Assembly (NCBI RefSeq): GCF_022539665.2
Contig: NC_081333.1
Span: 10,974,001 to 11,038,000 of the forward strand
Origin: Daphnia carinata
Taxonomy: Eukaryota
DNA length: 64,000 bases
Direction: 5' to 3'
Part shown: positions 23,991-35,912 of the stretch, piece by piece
How the letters are laid out: each line of letters opens with the position of its first letter
Numbering within the stretch: the first letter of the stretch is position 1
Translations under genes and position numbers: made by a program
Notes under the pieces: model-generated
The model's input: only the letters and a program-made list of their open reading frames with translations
Databases searched by the model: none
Told to the model about the DNA's origin: nothing

Positions 23991-25680
23991 TTACCAGGAT
24001 GAGCTGACGTTTTCTTGGAAGGTGAAACGGGGAGAATTTTCGGAGTAAAACTGTTGGAACCAGCGTCGGTAGTGATTGATAGCGCGATCTTCTGCCACAA
24101 GCATAGGTTTATTCATGAAAGTTTTGCTATTCCAGACAGCGACATCTCGTTCGAACTTTGGAAATGGACGAATGTAAGATTTGATGTGTTAGAAAATTAG
24201 TAAAAGTTGTCACTTACCATGACAGCCTCGCCCCAAACAAAAAATTTTGCTATAGGTCCTATCATCAAGACAGGCGCATACAGCCGGTGAAGAACGCGTT
24301 GAATCATTGGTTCAATCGGTGTAACTGTCTCGAAAAGGAGACATCTGCCCAATGAGGTATTAAAAGACAAGCAAACTAAGCCGGGGCCCATTTGTTTGGC
24401 TTCCACATCAACCGAAATGAATGACAATCGGCCGAATAGGCGTAGTTCATGATGTAGGCTAGAAATAGCTACATGTTTTTCTTCGGAATTGGGTTCCCAT
24501 TTTACCTTCCAACGATGCTGAAGAATAGGTGCCCAGCCGTTGTCACTCTTCCCGGCTTGTGCTGCATTAAGCTCAGATCCGTATAATAGAGAAGGGCCAT
24601 GCAGACAATCCAAATGGGCGACATCAGAGCCATTCTCAGGGATCTCTTGAATATGAGCGTTCACTTTATATTCACTCCGTCCACCATAAATCCATTTTCT
24701 ATTAACAATTTCTGGTATACGCGGGACTCTCCAGCTTGGGTTTTCTTGTTCAGCATGATACCAGACAAATATAAAACCGTTTACTTCTTCGCAAGGCCAA
24801 GATTTAACTCGCGCAGATTTCGGTACTATAGTTCATTACAAAAAAAGTTTTATATATAGTTTGTAAATTTAAAGTGTACAGTTGTCAAAATAAATATAGC
24901 TAAAAATGAATAATAATTTACAAGATTACTGTACTTTTTCCCGATGTGTAGGGAATGGAGGTGCATTGACCATCCGCCCCCCGAAATTGCCATCCATGGA
25001 AAGGACATTCAACACAGTCGCCTACTACCCGACTCCCTACACCTAAATGTGCACCAAGATGTGGGCAATAAGCATCCAAAACGTAAGCGGCACCTTCAGC
25101 AGAGCGAAAAACCGCGAAATGTTCACCTATGAAAAAAAGTTCAAACTGTTTTTGGTCTTTGCATTTTCATTACTGGATTCAATGTCAGACATACCAAGGG
25201 CGTCAACCGATCGGACCTGACGATTTTTTAAATCATCTGACTCACACAGGGCAAACCACCCATTAGGGTACACTGGTGGGATCTCTCCAATTTTTTTCCG
25301 TCGACGCATTTCATTTGCTAACTGACGTCGACTTTGCCCATAGTTATCTAATCGCAATTGTTCTTCGTAACCGACATCACATAAGTCCTAAGAAAAGAAA
25401 TTTCATGATCATACAATTTTTGGTTTTTACTAAAGACATTTTTACCCTGATTCGATTTAGTGGCTTGAAGAGGAAATAACAGGCAGTCACGCTAAGCACT
25501 ATTGCAGCTGAAGAAACTAGAAGTCCCACTATTTCGGATTTGAAAACGAAAAAAACATCCATGTCTACAAGTAAGATTTTTTGCAGGTAAAACAACTGCA
25601 AAGTAAAGCCCAAATAATTTAAAATTGAAATTATCGCTGAAACAAAAAGCAAGGGCTAAGTGTATCGAAAATCTTACCAT
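23991..25680 (-). CDS. nvd: Cholesterol 7-desaturase neverland (Rieske oxygenase), copy A, 6 exons
   Basis: N-terminal TM segment, PPVYPNGWF, Rieske CPHLGAHL...CPFHGW, non-heme iron motif [27 protein letters not shown]...[12 protein letters not shown]. Exons join in frame. Confidence 0.93.
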
Positions 25681-26300
25681 CAGAGATGTTCAAACATTTG
25701 CGATGACTATTTCAATGTTGGCATAAATTGACGGACGGTTGACACCAGAAAAGAATTATCCTAAATAACATAGTCGAGTAACAGGTAGATTGTGCTTACG
25801 TGCTCTCAGACACATGAAATTTTATCATTCTGATGGGCTTGGATCGAGATAAGCGTTATCATATTGGATACCCTACCACGCAAGCATATGTAACGTATGT
25901 ACAGGTCGATCAAACTTAACGAATACTCTGGGAAACATCCCATACGAGGCTCGGAAAATTGCGGCTACGATACCAACCAAGTTCATGTTGTGGTTGTTTC
26001 AACTTGGCCGGCGATTTCCGTCCGAGTTAAACTGACGCCAGATAAAATACAAAAATTGTTTAAAAAGTATTTGTTCATCATGCCATCAAAAAAATTTTTA
26101 AATTCTGGCCAATCTTTAAATTTATAATGCATCATGAGTAAACATTGCCATATGTAAATTTTGTCAGAACTAAAATCACAAGTAAGTTTTTTTGTTTTAT
26201 TTACACACTAAGTTTACCTTATACAAAAAAAAACTTGCCAAATTATTGATATTTCTGAAAACTATTTCTTCTTCTTCATCAATGATTTTCCGTCTTTATT

Positions 26301-26767
26301 TTAATGCTGCTCACTTTTGGCAGCTCTTTCATCCAGTCGACGATTTCTTTCATAATCTTTCATTCGAATTAAATAGCTACAAAATAAAAGGAGTTAAATT
26401 TAAAATTACAATGCAACAGCATATGGACTTACTCCTCATATTGGCAGTGAAGGTATTCATGCTTGTCGTGATGGCACTTGTACACCAATGGAAATGTTTC
26501 ACTTCTACACCCTAAATACTTGAGAAGATAGTCTACACAGTAATCCCGTTTATCCAAGGGAATTTTGGCCGATTCCATTTCTTCCAAAGTAGTTTTAATT
26601 TCTAAAGAGAAACGTAGAAATCATAGTAAAATGTATCTCGTGAAGCGGTTTACCATTATCAAGATATTGCTCGCACCTCGGGGTTTACGACCATTGGGGA
26701 ATCCTTCCAGAGGATCATGTTTATAATCGCTTCCTCCTTCCAAAGCCTTTGCAGATACTGAGCCCAT
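26301..26767 (-). CDS. NDUFB7: NADH dehydrogenase 1 beta subcomplex subunit 7 (B18), 3 exons; absent from the ORF track
   Basis: Spliced translation MGSVSAKALEGGSDYKHDPLEGFPNGRKPR-EIKTTLEEMESAKIPLDKRDYCVDYLLKYLGCRSETFPLVYKCHHDKHEYLHCQYE-DYLIRMKDYERNRRL...*: twin CX9C and RDYC/RMKxxER motifs. Confidence 0.9.
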
Positions 26768-26858
26768 TATTTAACTATCGGTTTGGATGTTACTGAAAAT
26801 CACAAGAAAATGAGACACAGATTTCCTTTTCGTGTGAGCAGACAGCAATCTAGACTTT

Positions 26859-27123
26859 TAATCACGAAATATGACAAAAGGAGCGCTAATGGAGCAGCTC
26901 AATTGGGTGAGGGTACACAATCGACAAACACACAAGTCCCGGTGTTCTGGGTCTAGTGGCTTTGGCCTTTGGGGAATAGGAAACGGCCTCCGAGCTAAAA
27001 GCCATCTAGTGTTAGCTTTGGGATGTTTCTTTCCGCCATCGTAAAAGCCAGAGCCCAGAGTAGTTCTCCAATTTCAGCGCAATGAGTACGTAAGAGTGCG
27101 TGCTCCTCTAGATATACTTCATG
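26859..27123 (-). pseudogene. Unknown small coding exon, frameshifted relative to its paralog at 34508-34773
   Basis: Shares ...RWLLA..PFPIPQRP.PL.PE.R.LCVCRL...SISAPF.IFRD* with the paralog; many differences are synonymous; 1 nt indel. Confidence 0.35.
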
Positions 27124-27683
27124 CTACATGGTCAAATCGGGGAGCTCTTAAAAAAGCGGGTTCCAGTGCTACTCGTTTTGCGTTTCTCGTAATGGGTTAT
27201 ATTTTACAGATAGCTTTAAAACTCGTTTAAAAAAAGAAAGAATCGTTTTATAAAATAAGCGAAAAATTAACATGGTTTGCTTAAAATGTAGGCGGTACTC
27301 CAAGTGTTAATATTCGACATTTTAGTCTAAATTTGAATCCTTGCTGGGGATTCTATTCAAAAGTACAAATAAAAACAATTTTTTTTTATTATACATTTTT
27401 TTGCATTTTGTTCAATTCTTTCACAAATCACGTTTTTCCTTATTCGATAGTACAATGCTATTTAGCCTCCTGGTGCACCGTTTCTCATGCGTGTACAAAA
27501 GAGATCTGTATAATGAAATATAGCTTATTTTAGCTATGCTAATCTAGGACCTACCATTATGCGTAATAATACATTTACGCGTGTACTTCCTTTAGAAAGT
27601 TAGTCGATATATGTCTTTTAAGCATGAGAATGCAAAATTAATTTACATCGTGTATGGTCTACATCTGTTGCTCCATAATTATA

Positions 27684-29795
27684 TCAAATTATTAGGTTTA
27701 GACTGGAAACTAGACGATCAGAACATATCTTTGGGCCAAGAATTTCGATGATTTCGCTGACTGGTGGTCCTTCCTAGAAAGTGTATATAAATATCGTATT
27801 ACAGGCTCTATAGAACTGCTTTTAGATAGAATAAGAATAAATAAAGTAAAAAGGTACCAACTTTGAGTCCTGTTAAGGAAGACCGCATCAATTTCATAAC
27901 TTCATTTACTTTCAATTTATGTTCCAGCGCAATTTGTCGTAAGATAACCGACACTTCCTTTTTTTCTATACGATCACATTGGTTTAACATTTCAACAACT
28001 CGAACCATGACGTTTCCTAATAATGAGTAAAATAATTAAAACGAGGCCGGTTGTTTTAGAGAAACGCTACCGTGCCGAATTTTAACTGAGTTAGGGAAAA
28101 TGCAAATGCATACTTGCTGTAAATGGATCGATTTTTGAAATGATTGGATTTCGCTGGGAACTCCACAAAAACCCTAGATGCGGATCTGTCAACTGCCGTA
28201 AGAGATGAATTCGGCCTTCACTTGATGCCCAATGAAGAACCTTTAACAAACTGTCATCTTGCAGCATCTCCTTATCGATTGACGAATTAGGGATATTCTC
28301 ATAAACCAAGCGGGACAGCTGTTTTCTCATTTCATCAATTTTGTCAGGTTGGCTAATGCGATTTTGCAGAGCTAATCGATTAAAATGATCGAGTCGAGGC
28401 ATGTCAAGCCTTCCTGAATGTGTTGTGACACAGCCTAGATTAAACTTCAATTAAGACAGTTTACAAATAAATCAATAAATAAGATATATGAAAATGTGAA
28501 TGAAAATAATAGTAACAATGATAATAGTAATACCAGCCCATACCGCTTTAGCCAGCTCAGGGAGTGAATGCAAATTTTGTTGAATGTCTATGGACGACGA
28601 AAAACCTCCGCCGACTAAGCAAAGTAAGCCAATTATGGCTTCCGGATAAAACCCTTGAGATCTGAAGTAGTCCAGCCTAATGTCGTCTTGTCTTTTGGAC
28701 AATTTCGTGCCGTCTGCATTCGTTATTAACGGCAAATGAGCGAACCGGGGTGGATGCCATCCAAAGGCTCTTTTAAACGGAACGATGTAAAAGTAATTTT
28801 TACACGTTGCTTTTTTGGCAGACTAAGAGGCAAGTTAAACTGACTTGTATAACAAAATATGTTTTGGAGTAGAAACAAGCCACTCTGTTCCTCTCAATAC
28901 GTGGGTAATTTCCATAAGATGATCGTCTACTACGTTAGCCAAGTGGTAAGTCGGGTAACCATCCTGTTTCATGATCACTGGATCGCCTTCATGTAAAACA
29001 GCATTGCGATCAATGTCTCCGTATACCAAATCCTGAAGAGGTTCTTCTAAAGAACTTAACTTAAATAAATTCATATTAACAAGTGCATCAATAAAAACGG
29101 ACTTTTCTACTGCCTTATGGAACAAGATTAATGTTTTTTTTACCTTGAATCTTATGCAGGATGACATCCCATGTTGTTTTTTTTCTTCAACCTGAGCATT
29201 GGAAAGCTGACGACAACGATTATCATACCGTGGAATGGCACCCTCTCTTATGGCCTCTTTTTTGACAAATTCTAATCTTCGCTCAGAACAAAAGCAGTGA
29301 TATGCTTGCCCATTTTTAACTAACTCTACGACAAATTGATTGTACAAACACAATCTTTCAGATTGTGTATAAGGTCCAAAAGTTCCATTTTTCACTAGAT
29401 GCAAAAGGTGAATCATGTCTTGAAAATCGTAAGTTGACTAGAAATCTTCATTAAATTATGTAATTACTTGGACTTTCATCGGGTGATAGACCCATCCAGT
29501 CTAAATCCATTTCTAACTGATTTGCTGCTCCAGGTACTAAACGTTTCTGATCTGTGTCCTCAATCCGCAAAATAAATTGTCCATTATTGGCTTTCGCGAA
29601 TAAAAAATTATACAGCGCTGTTCGGAGGCCTCCTAAATGAATGTAACCTAAGAAACACTAACTCAGCAGCTGTAATTTGTTCAACGATAACTATCTAAAC
29701 TAACCGGTAGGGCTGGGAGCAAATCGAACTCTTACATTTCTTGTACAACAAGAAAGGTGGAAAAATCGCCGAGAAAATTTGCTGAACATTTTCAT
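27684..29795 (-). CDS. EARS2: Mitochondrial glutamate--tRNA ligase
   Basis: Transit-like N-terminus, then [69 protein letters not shown]. Confidence 0.93.
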
Positions 29796-30488
29796 ACCAC
29801 TTTAACAAAAGGAAATATATTCGTGATACTGTTAACGTTCTTCAGCATAATGGATTGAAATTTTGTTCATAAAAATATTTTTGCTACAGATCTTGTTCTG
29901 CTACTGGGCGTTGCCTAATTGTGCATTTGAGTTTTGATGATTGTTACGATTACGAAAAAGAAGAACAACAAAAACAGACAAAAACAAAAAAAAAAGAAAC
30001 AGAAAAGAAAAAAACTATGGAACAGAATAACGAACGATAGATGAACTGAGCAAGTGAATCGACAAACGAGTTTTCATTTTTAGACCGTCATAACTATAAG
30101 GTATGGAGAACCAACAATTCACCCCAACGCTACCAGGATAACGCCGCTTACCAATGGCAAATACGTTTTCAATAGTTAAGAGGTCCCTCTCAGGATCTGT
30201 CAGTCGGTAATGACAGTTATGTACGCCTTCAATATTTATTCTAACGAAGTGGAAAATTCAATTGGCAGTAGATGCGGTGCAGCAATCGAAGTGGATGTGA
30301 GTCCACGTCATAAAGTTAAATATTAAGATTCACTAAAGCAATAAATGCAAGTATAGTAATGCGAACTTTGGGTTGAAAGTTTTTGAATACTTTTAGGGAG
30401 ATGATATATGTCATTATATGTCGTATATGAACCGGTAGAAGCTTACAAGAAGTACATGAAGACTTCGTTAGAAATTAATTTCACTTTT

Positions 30489-31306
30489 TAGGTTTTTCAG
30501 CCGGAATTCAAGGGGATCCCCTTTACGAGTCTTCGCCAAATGCTCCACCAAATTTTCAATAATTGCAATCCCTTGCGTAGTTCCTTGAACGTACAAGTTT
30601 TATATAGCAAAGGACAAAACATTTTGAGGAAATCATTTAAACTGTATGAAACATTTCAAACGCAATAGACATCTAACCAGGAGCTGGACAGTATGTGTTT
30701 GAAGGTGTATCTGTTTGCACCAACAATGGGGTAAATTTCCAAGATTTTGCTGCATAGCAATTTTTTGCAAACGGAGCAACAAAAAATGCGGTTCCTTCGT
30801 TAAAATTTCCACCACAGTCGCTGACTATCGTTAAATCTATAGCTTATAGAAGCCCATTTTTATCAGTACCTGCCTTTTAAGACAAAATGGTGCATAATCG
30901 GGAATTTTTTTTTACGATTAGTTATTGTTGTTATTATTATTTTTTCCTACATACCTTATATTGGCAACAGTACGGAAGACGTCCTCCACCGACTGCCATG
31001 TTTGAATCCAAATCCAAGGAAATTCGAACGGGTTTAGATAGTTCGGAGGCCGCTATAGCGCAGGCCACAGCGACTAGTGTAGAGCGTGATATTTTACCAC
31101 CATATGAACCACTCAATCGGCGAGTTCCAACGTTCACTCTAAAGATTTCAATAGCCAATTACTGTCGCGACGTTATATTTGCGTCGCTACTTACTGCGCC
31201 TTATTAATGTTCAGACAACGCGCCACAGCATTTTGAACTGCATCTTGATCTTGAGTTGCGCAAAGGGCGTCCATGCCATCCTCCAGCGGAATGCATGCAG
31301 CAACCA
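30489..31306 (-). pseudogene. Internal fragment of the aldehyde oxidase gene, duplicate of 37612-38427
   Basis: Colinear near-copy lacking both ends; RRLGG changed to RRLSG. Confidence 0.9.
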
Positions 31307-31646
31307 TCAGTTAATCATTTACAGATTAATGATTCATATTGTTTATTCACATGGCGTAAATTAATTCTAATGCTGTCGAGTGATACATTTAGCCGTTGGC
31401 TAATTTCATTCAAATAATATGCCGCCGCAGAATAAGATGCTATCGACTGGTTGGTTTAACGAAAATTGAGTTAGTGTTTTGAACATTTAACAATTGTACT
31501 AGAACTCCAAACATAAACTATATATGCTAACGCTGACATGTCATACCAGAAGAACTAAACTATGGAAACTACATTTTTGTGTAAAATGTAGCAATTACAT
31601 AACAATTGTGAAATACCTTTTTTCCCCTATCCAATAAGCGCTGATA

Positions 31647-33331
31647 TTACCAGGATGAGCTGACGTTTTCTTGGAAGGTGAAACGGGGAGAATTTTCGGA
31701 ATAAAACTGTTGGAACCAGCGTCGGTAGTGATTGATTCCGCGATCTTCTGCCACAAGGATAGGTTTATTCATGAAAGTTTTGCTATTCCAGACAGCGACG
31801 TCACGTTCGAACTTTGGAAATGGATGAATGTAAGATTTGACGTGTTAGAAAATCAGTAAAACTTTTCACTTACCATGACAGCCTCGACCCATACAAAAAA
31901 TTTTGCTACAGGTCCTACCATAGAGACAGGCATATAAAGTCGGTGAAGAACGCGTTGAATCATTGGTTCAATCGGTGTAACTGTCTCGAAAAGGAGACAT
32001 CTGCCAAATGGGGTAATAAAAGACAAACAAACTAAACCGGGGCCCATTTGTTTGGCTTCCACATCAACCGAAAGGAATGGCAACCGGCCGAATAGGCGTA
32101 GCTCGTGTTGTAGGCTAGAAGTTGCTACATGTTTTTCTTCGGAATTGGGTTCCCATTTTAACTTCCAATGATGCTGAAGGAAAGGTACCCAGCCGTTGTC
32201 ACTCTTCCCGCCTTGTGCTGCATTAAGGTCAGATCCGTATAATAGAGAAGGGCCATGCAGACAATCCAAATGGGCGACATCAGAGCCATTCTCAGGGATC
32301 TCTTGAATATGAGCGTTCACTTTGTATTCACTCCGTCCACCATAAATCCATTTTCTATTAACAATTTCTGGTATACGAGGGACTTTCCAGCTTGGGTTTT
32401 CTTGTTCAGCATGATACCAGACAAATATAAAACCGTTTGCTTCGTCGCAAGACCATGATCTAACTCGCGCAGATTTCGGTACTATATCATTACAGAAAAA
32501 GTTATATTTATATATATTAAGTTGAAAGTGTACAGTGTAAGAATAAATATAACTAAATAAATAATAATTAAGAAGATCACTGTACTTTTTCCCGACGTGT
32601 AGGGAATGGAGGTGCATTGGCCATCTTCCCCCCGAAATTGCCATCCATGAAAAGGACATTCAACACAGTCGCCTACAACCCGACTCCCTACACCTAAATG
32701 AGCACCAAGATGTGGGCAATAAGCATCCAAGACGTAAGCGACACCTTCAGCAGAGCGAAAAACCGCGAAATTTTCACCTATAAAAAAAAGGTCCAAACAG
32801 TTTTTTGTTTTTGCCTTTTTATCAATGGATTCATCGCCAAACATACCAAGGGCGTCAACTGATCGGACCTGAAGATTTTTTAAATCATCTGACTCACACA
32901 GGGCAAACCACCCATTAGGGTACACTGGTGGGATCTCTCCAATTTTTTTCCGTCGACGCATTTCATTTGCCAACTGACGTCGACTTTGTCCATAGTTATC
33001 TAATCGCAATTGTTCTTCGTAACCGACATCACATAAGTCCTAAGAAAAGAAATTTCAGTATCATGCAATTTTTGGTTTTTACTAAAGACATTTTACCCTG
33101 ATTCGATTTAGTGGCTTAAAGAGGAAGTAACAGACAGCCACGCTAAGCACTATTGCAGCTGAAGAAACTAGAAGTCCCACTATTTCGGATTTGAAAACGA
33201 AAAAGAGATCCATGTCTCCAAGTAAGATTTTCTGAAGGTAAAACAACTGTAAAGTAAAGCCCAAATAATTTCAAACTGAAACTGTCGGCGAAACGAAGAG
33301 AAAGGTTTAAGCGTATAAAAAATCTTACCAT
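31647..33331 (-). CDS. nvd: Cholesterol 7-desaturase neverland, copy B
   Basis: Same motifs and exon structure as copy A; frames intact as read. Confidence 0.93.
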
Positions 33332-34165
33332 CAGTGGTGTTCAAACATTTGCGAGGACTATTTCAATGTTGGCATAAAGTGACGGACGGCTGACACCCTA
33401 AAAAAATTATCTAGAATAACATAGTCAAGTAACAGGCAAGTCGTGCTTCTGTGTATAAAGTTTCTCAAGTTTATGTATTATAGTGGGTTGCTGAAACAAC
33501 TCCGGAATACATGTTTCACTCATGCGGTATTTATACCAGTACATGATGGGAATTTCAAGGTAAACAGTGGAAAGGTTACAATCACTTTTTTTTTTGTCAG
33601 ATGCTTGAGGGGATGTAGAAAGTGAAACTTTCTATAGCCAATCTTCGGGCTCGTTACACGTGCTCGCAGACACATGCAATTTATCATTCTGCTGAGCTTT
33701 GAAATCCAGATAAGCGTTATGATTTTGGATATCCTAGCACTGCAAACATATATAACGTATGTACAGGGTGTTCAAAACCTTAAAGGAATACGCTGGGAAA
33801 AATCCCATCAAGGCTCGGTAGCATTACGGCTACGATACCAACCATTTTCATGTAATGGTCGTTCCAACTTGACTGCCGATTTCCGTCCGAGTTAGACTAA
33901 CGCCCGATAAATACAAAAACTGTTACGAAATATTTCTCCACCATACTACCGGAAATAAAAAAAATTCTGCCCAATCTTTAGATTTTGTAATGCATCATGA
34001 ATAAACATTGCAATATGTAATTCTGCCAGAAGTAAAATAACAAGTATGTTTTTTTGTTTTATTTACACACTAAGTTCAGCTTGTACAATAAAAACTAAAA
34101 GCCAAATTATTGATATTTTTGCAAACTATTTCTACTCCTTCATCAAAGATTTTTCATCTTTATTT

Positions 34166-34436
34166 TTAATGCTGCTCACTTTTTGCAGCTCTTTCTTCCA
34201 GTCGACAATTTCTTTCATAATCTTTCATTCGAATTAAAGAGCTGCAAAATTAAGGAAGGTAAATACAAACTTAAAATTGAACAGCATGTGGACGTACTCC
34301 TCATAATTGGCAGTGAAGGTATTCATGCTTTTCACGATGGCACTTGTAAACCCATGGATATTTCTCGTTTCTACTTTCCAAAAACTTCACAAGAAAGTCA
34401 ACATAGTAATCTCTCTTATCCAACGGGATTTGTTGC
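34166..34436 (-). pseudogene. NDUFB7: NDUFB7 pseudogene
   Basis: Exon 1 and ATG deleted, RDYC changed to RDYY, frameshift at HCQL*. Confidence 0.85.
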
Positions 34437-34507
34437 TATTGAAATGAAATCACAAGAAAATTAGACACAGATTTCACTTTCGTGTGAGCAGACAGCCATC
34501 TAGACTT

Positions 34508-34773
34508 TTAATCACGAAATATGCGAAATGGAGCGCTAATGGAGCGGTTCAGTAGGGTGAGGATCCACAAGCGACAAACACACAAGTTTCGCTGTTCTGG
34601 GTTTAGTGGCTCTGGCCTTTGGGGAATAGGAAACGGCCATTGTGCTAAAAGCCATCTGGTGTTCCGCTTTAGAATGCTTTTTTCGGCCATCGTAAAAACC
34701 GGAACCCAGAGTTGTTCTCCAATTTCAGCCCAATGGGTACATAAGAGTGCGTGCTCTTCTAGATATACTTCAT
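34508..34773 (-). CDS. Unknown small ORF/exon (HEVYLEEH...LCVCRLW...IFRD*)
   Basis: Open frame after an AG acceptor; paralog at 26859-27123. Confidence 0.3.
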
Positions 34774-35344
34774 GCTAAACGGTCAAATCGGAGAGCTCTT
34801 TAAAAAGCGAGCTCCATAACTACACGTTTTATGTCTCCTGTAATGGGTTTTATTTTACATGCAGTTTTGAAATTCGTTTTAAAAAAGGAAGAATCGTTTA
34901 AGAAATAAACAAAAACTAAACGTGGTTTGTTTAAAATATCGGCGGTGCTGCAAGTGTTTATATTCGACATTTTATTGGAAGTTTGATTTATTACTGGGGA
35001 TTCTAATCAAACGTACAAATCAAAAGCATTTTTTTATTATTCATTTTTTTTTTTTGCATTTTGTTAAATTCGTTCCCAAAATGAATCACGTTTTCCCTTA
35101 TTTGATAATACACTGCTATTTAGCCTCCTGTTGCACCGTTTCTAAAGCGAGTACAGGAAATACCTGTTAAAAGAGAAAAAGCTTATTTTAGCTATGCTTA
35201 TCTTGGACCTACCACAATGTGCAATAATAACATTTACACGTGTCTTATAACTTTCTTTAGAAAGTTGGTCTATATGTATGTTTTTTCAACATGGGAATTA
35301 ATTAGCATCGTGTATGGTCTACATCTTTTGATTCGATAATTATA

Positions 35345-35631
35345 TCTAACTATTAAATTTAGGCTGTGAACTAGACGACCAGAACAAAACTTTGGGCCAA
35401 GAATTTCGATAAATTCGCTAACTGGTGGCCCTTCCTAGAAATGTGGATAAATATCATATTACAGGCGCTACAAAACTGTATTTAGATGGAATTAAAATTA
35501 AATATAGGGAAAAGGCACCAACTTTGAGTCCTGTTAATGAAGATCGCATCAATTTCTTAACTTACTTTACTTTCAAACTATGTTTGAGAGCAATTTGTTG
35601 TAACACGGTCGACACTTCCTTTTTTTCTATA
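35345..35631 (-). pseudogene. EARS2: 3' remnant of duplicated EARS2
   Basis: Matches 27684-27971, then jumps to sequence matching 30218 onward (about 2.2 kb deleted). Confidence 0.85.
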
Positions 35632-35912
35632 CTATGTATGCCTTCAATATTTTTTTTAACGAAGTGGAAAATTCAATTGACAGTATATGCGGTGCAATAG
35701 TCGAGTGGATGACAGTACACGTCATAAAGCTACACATTAAGATTCACTAAAGCAATAAATGCCGATATAGTAATGCACCCTATAGGTTCAAAGTTCTTGA
35801 ATACTTCCAGGAAGATGATATATGCCATTATATGTCGTACATGAACCGGTAGAATATTACAAGAAGTAGATGAAGGCTTTGCCTAGGAAAGAATTTCACT
35901 TTTTGGTTTTGT

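Noticed and set aside
26820..27130. Conserved ncRNA (H/ACA, 7SK) upstream of NDUFB7
   Set aside because: No diagnostic boxes; the substitution pattern versus the paralog looks protein-coding.
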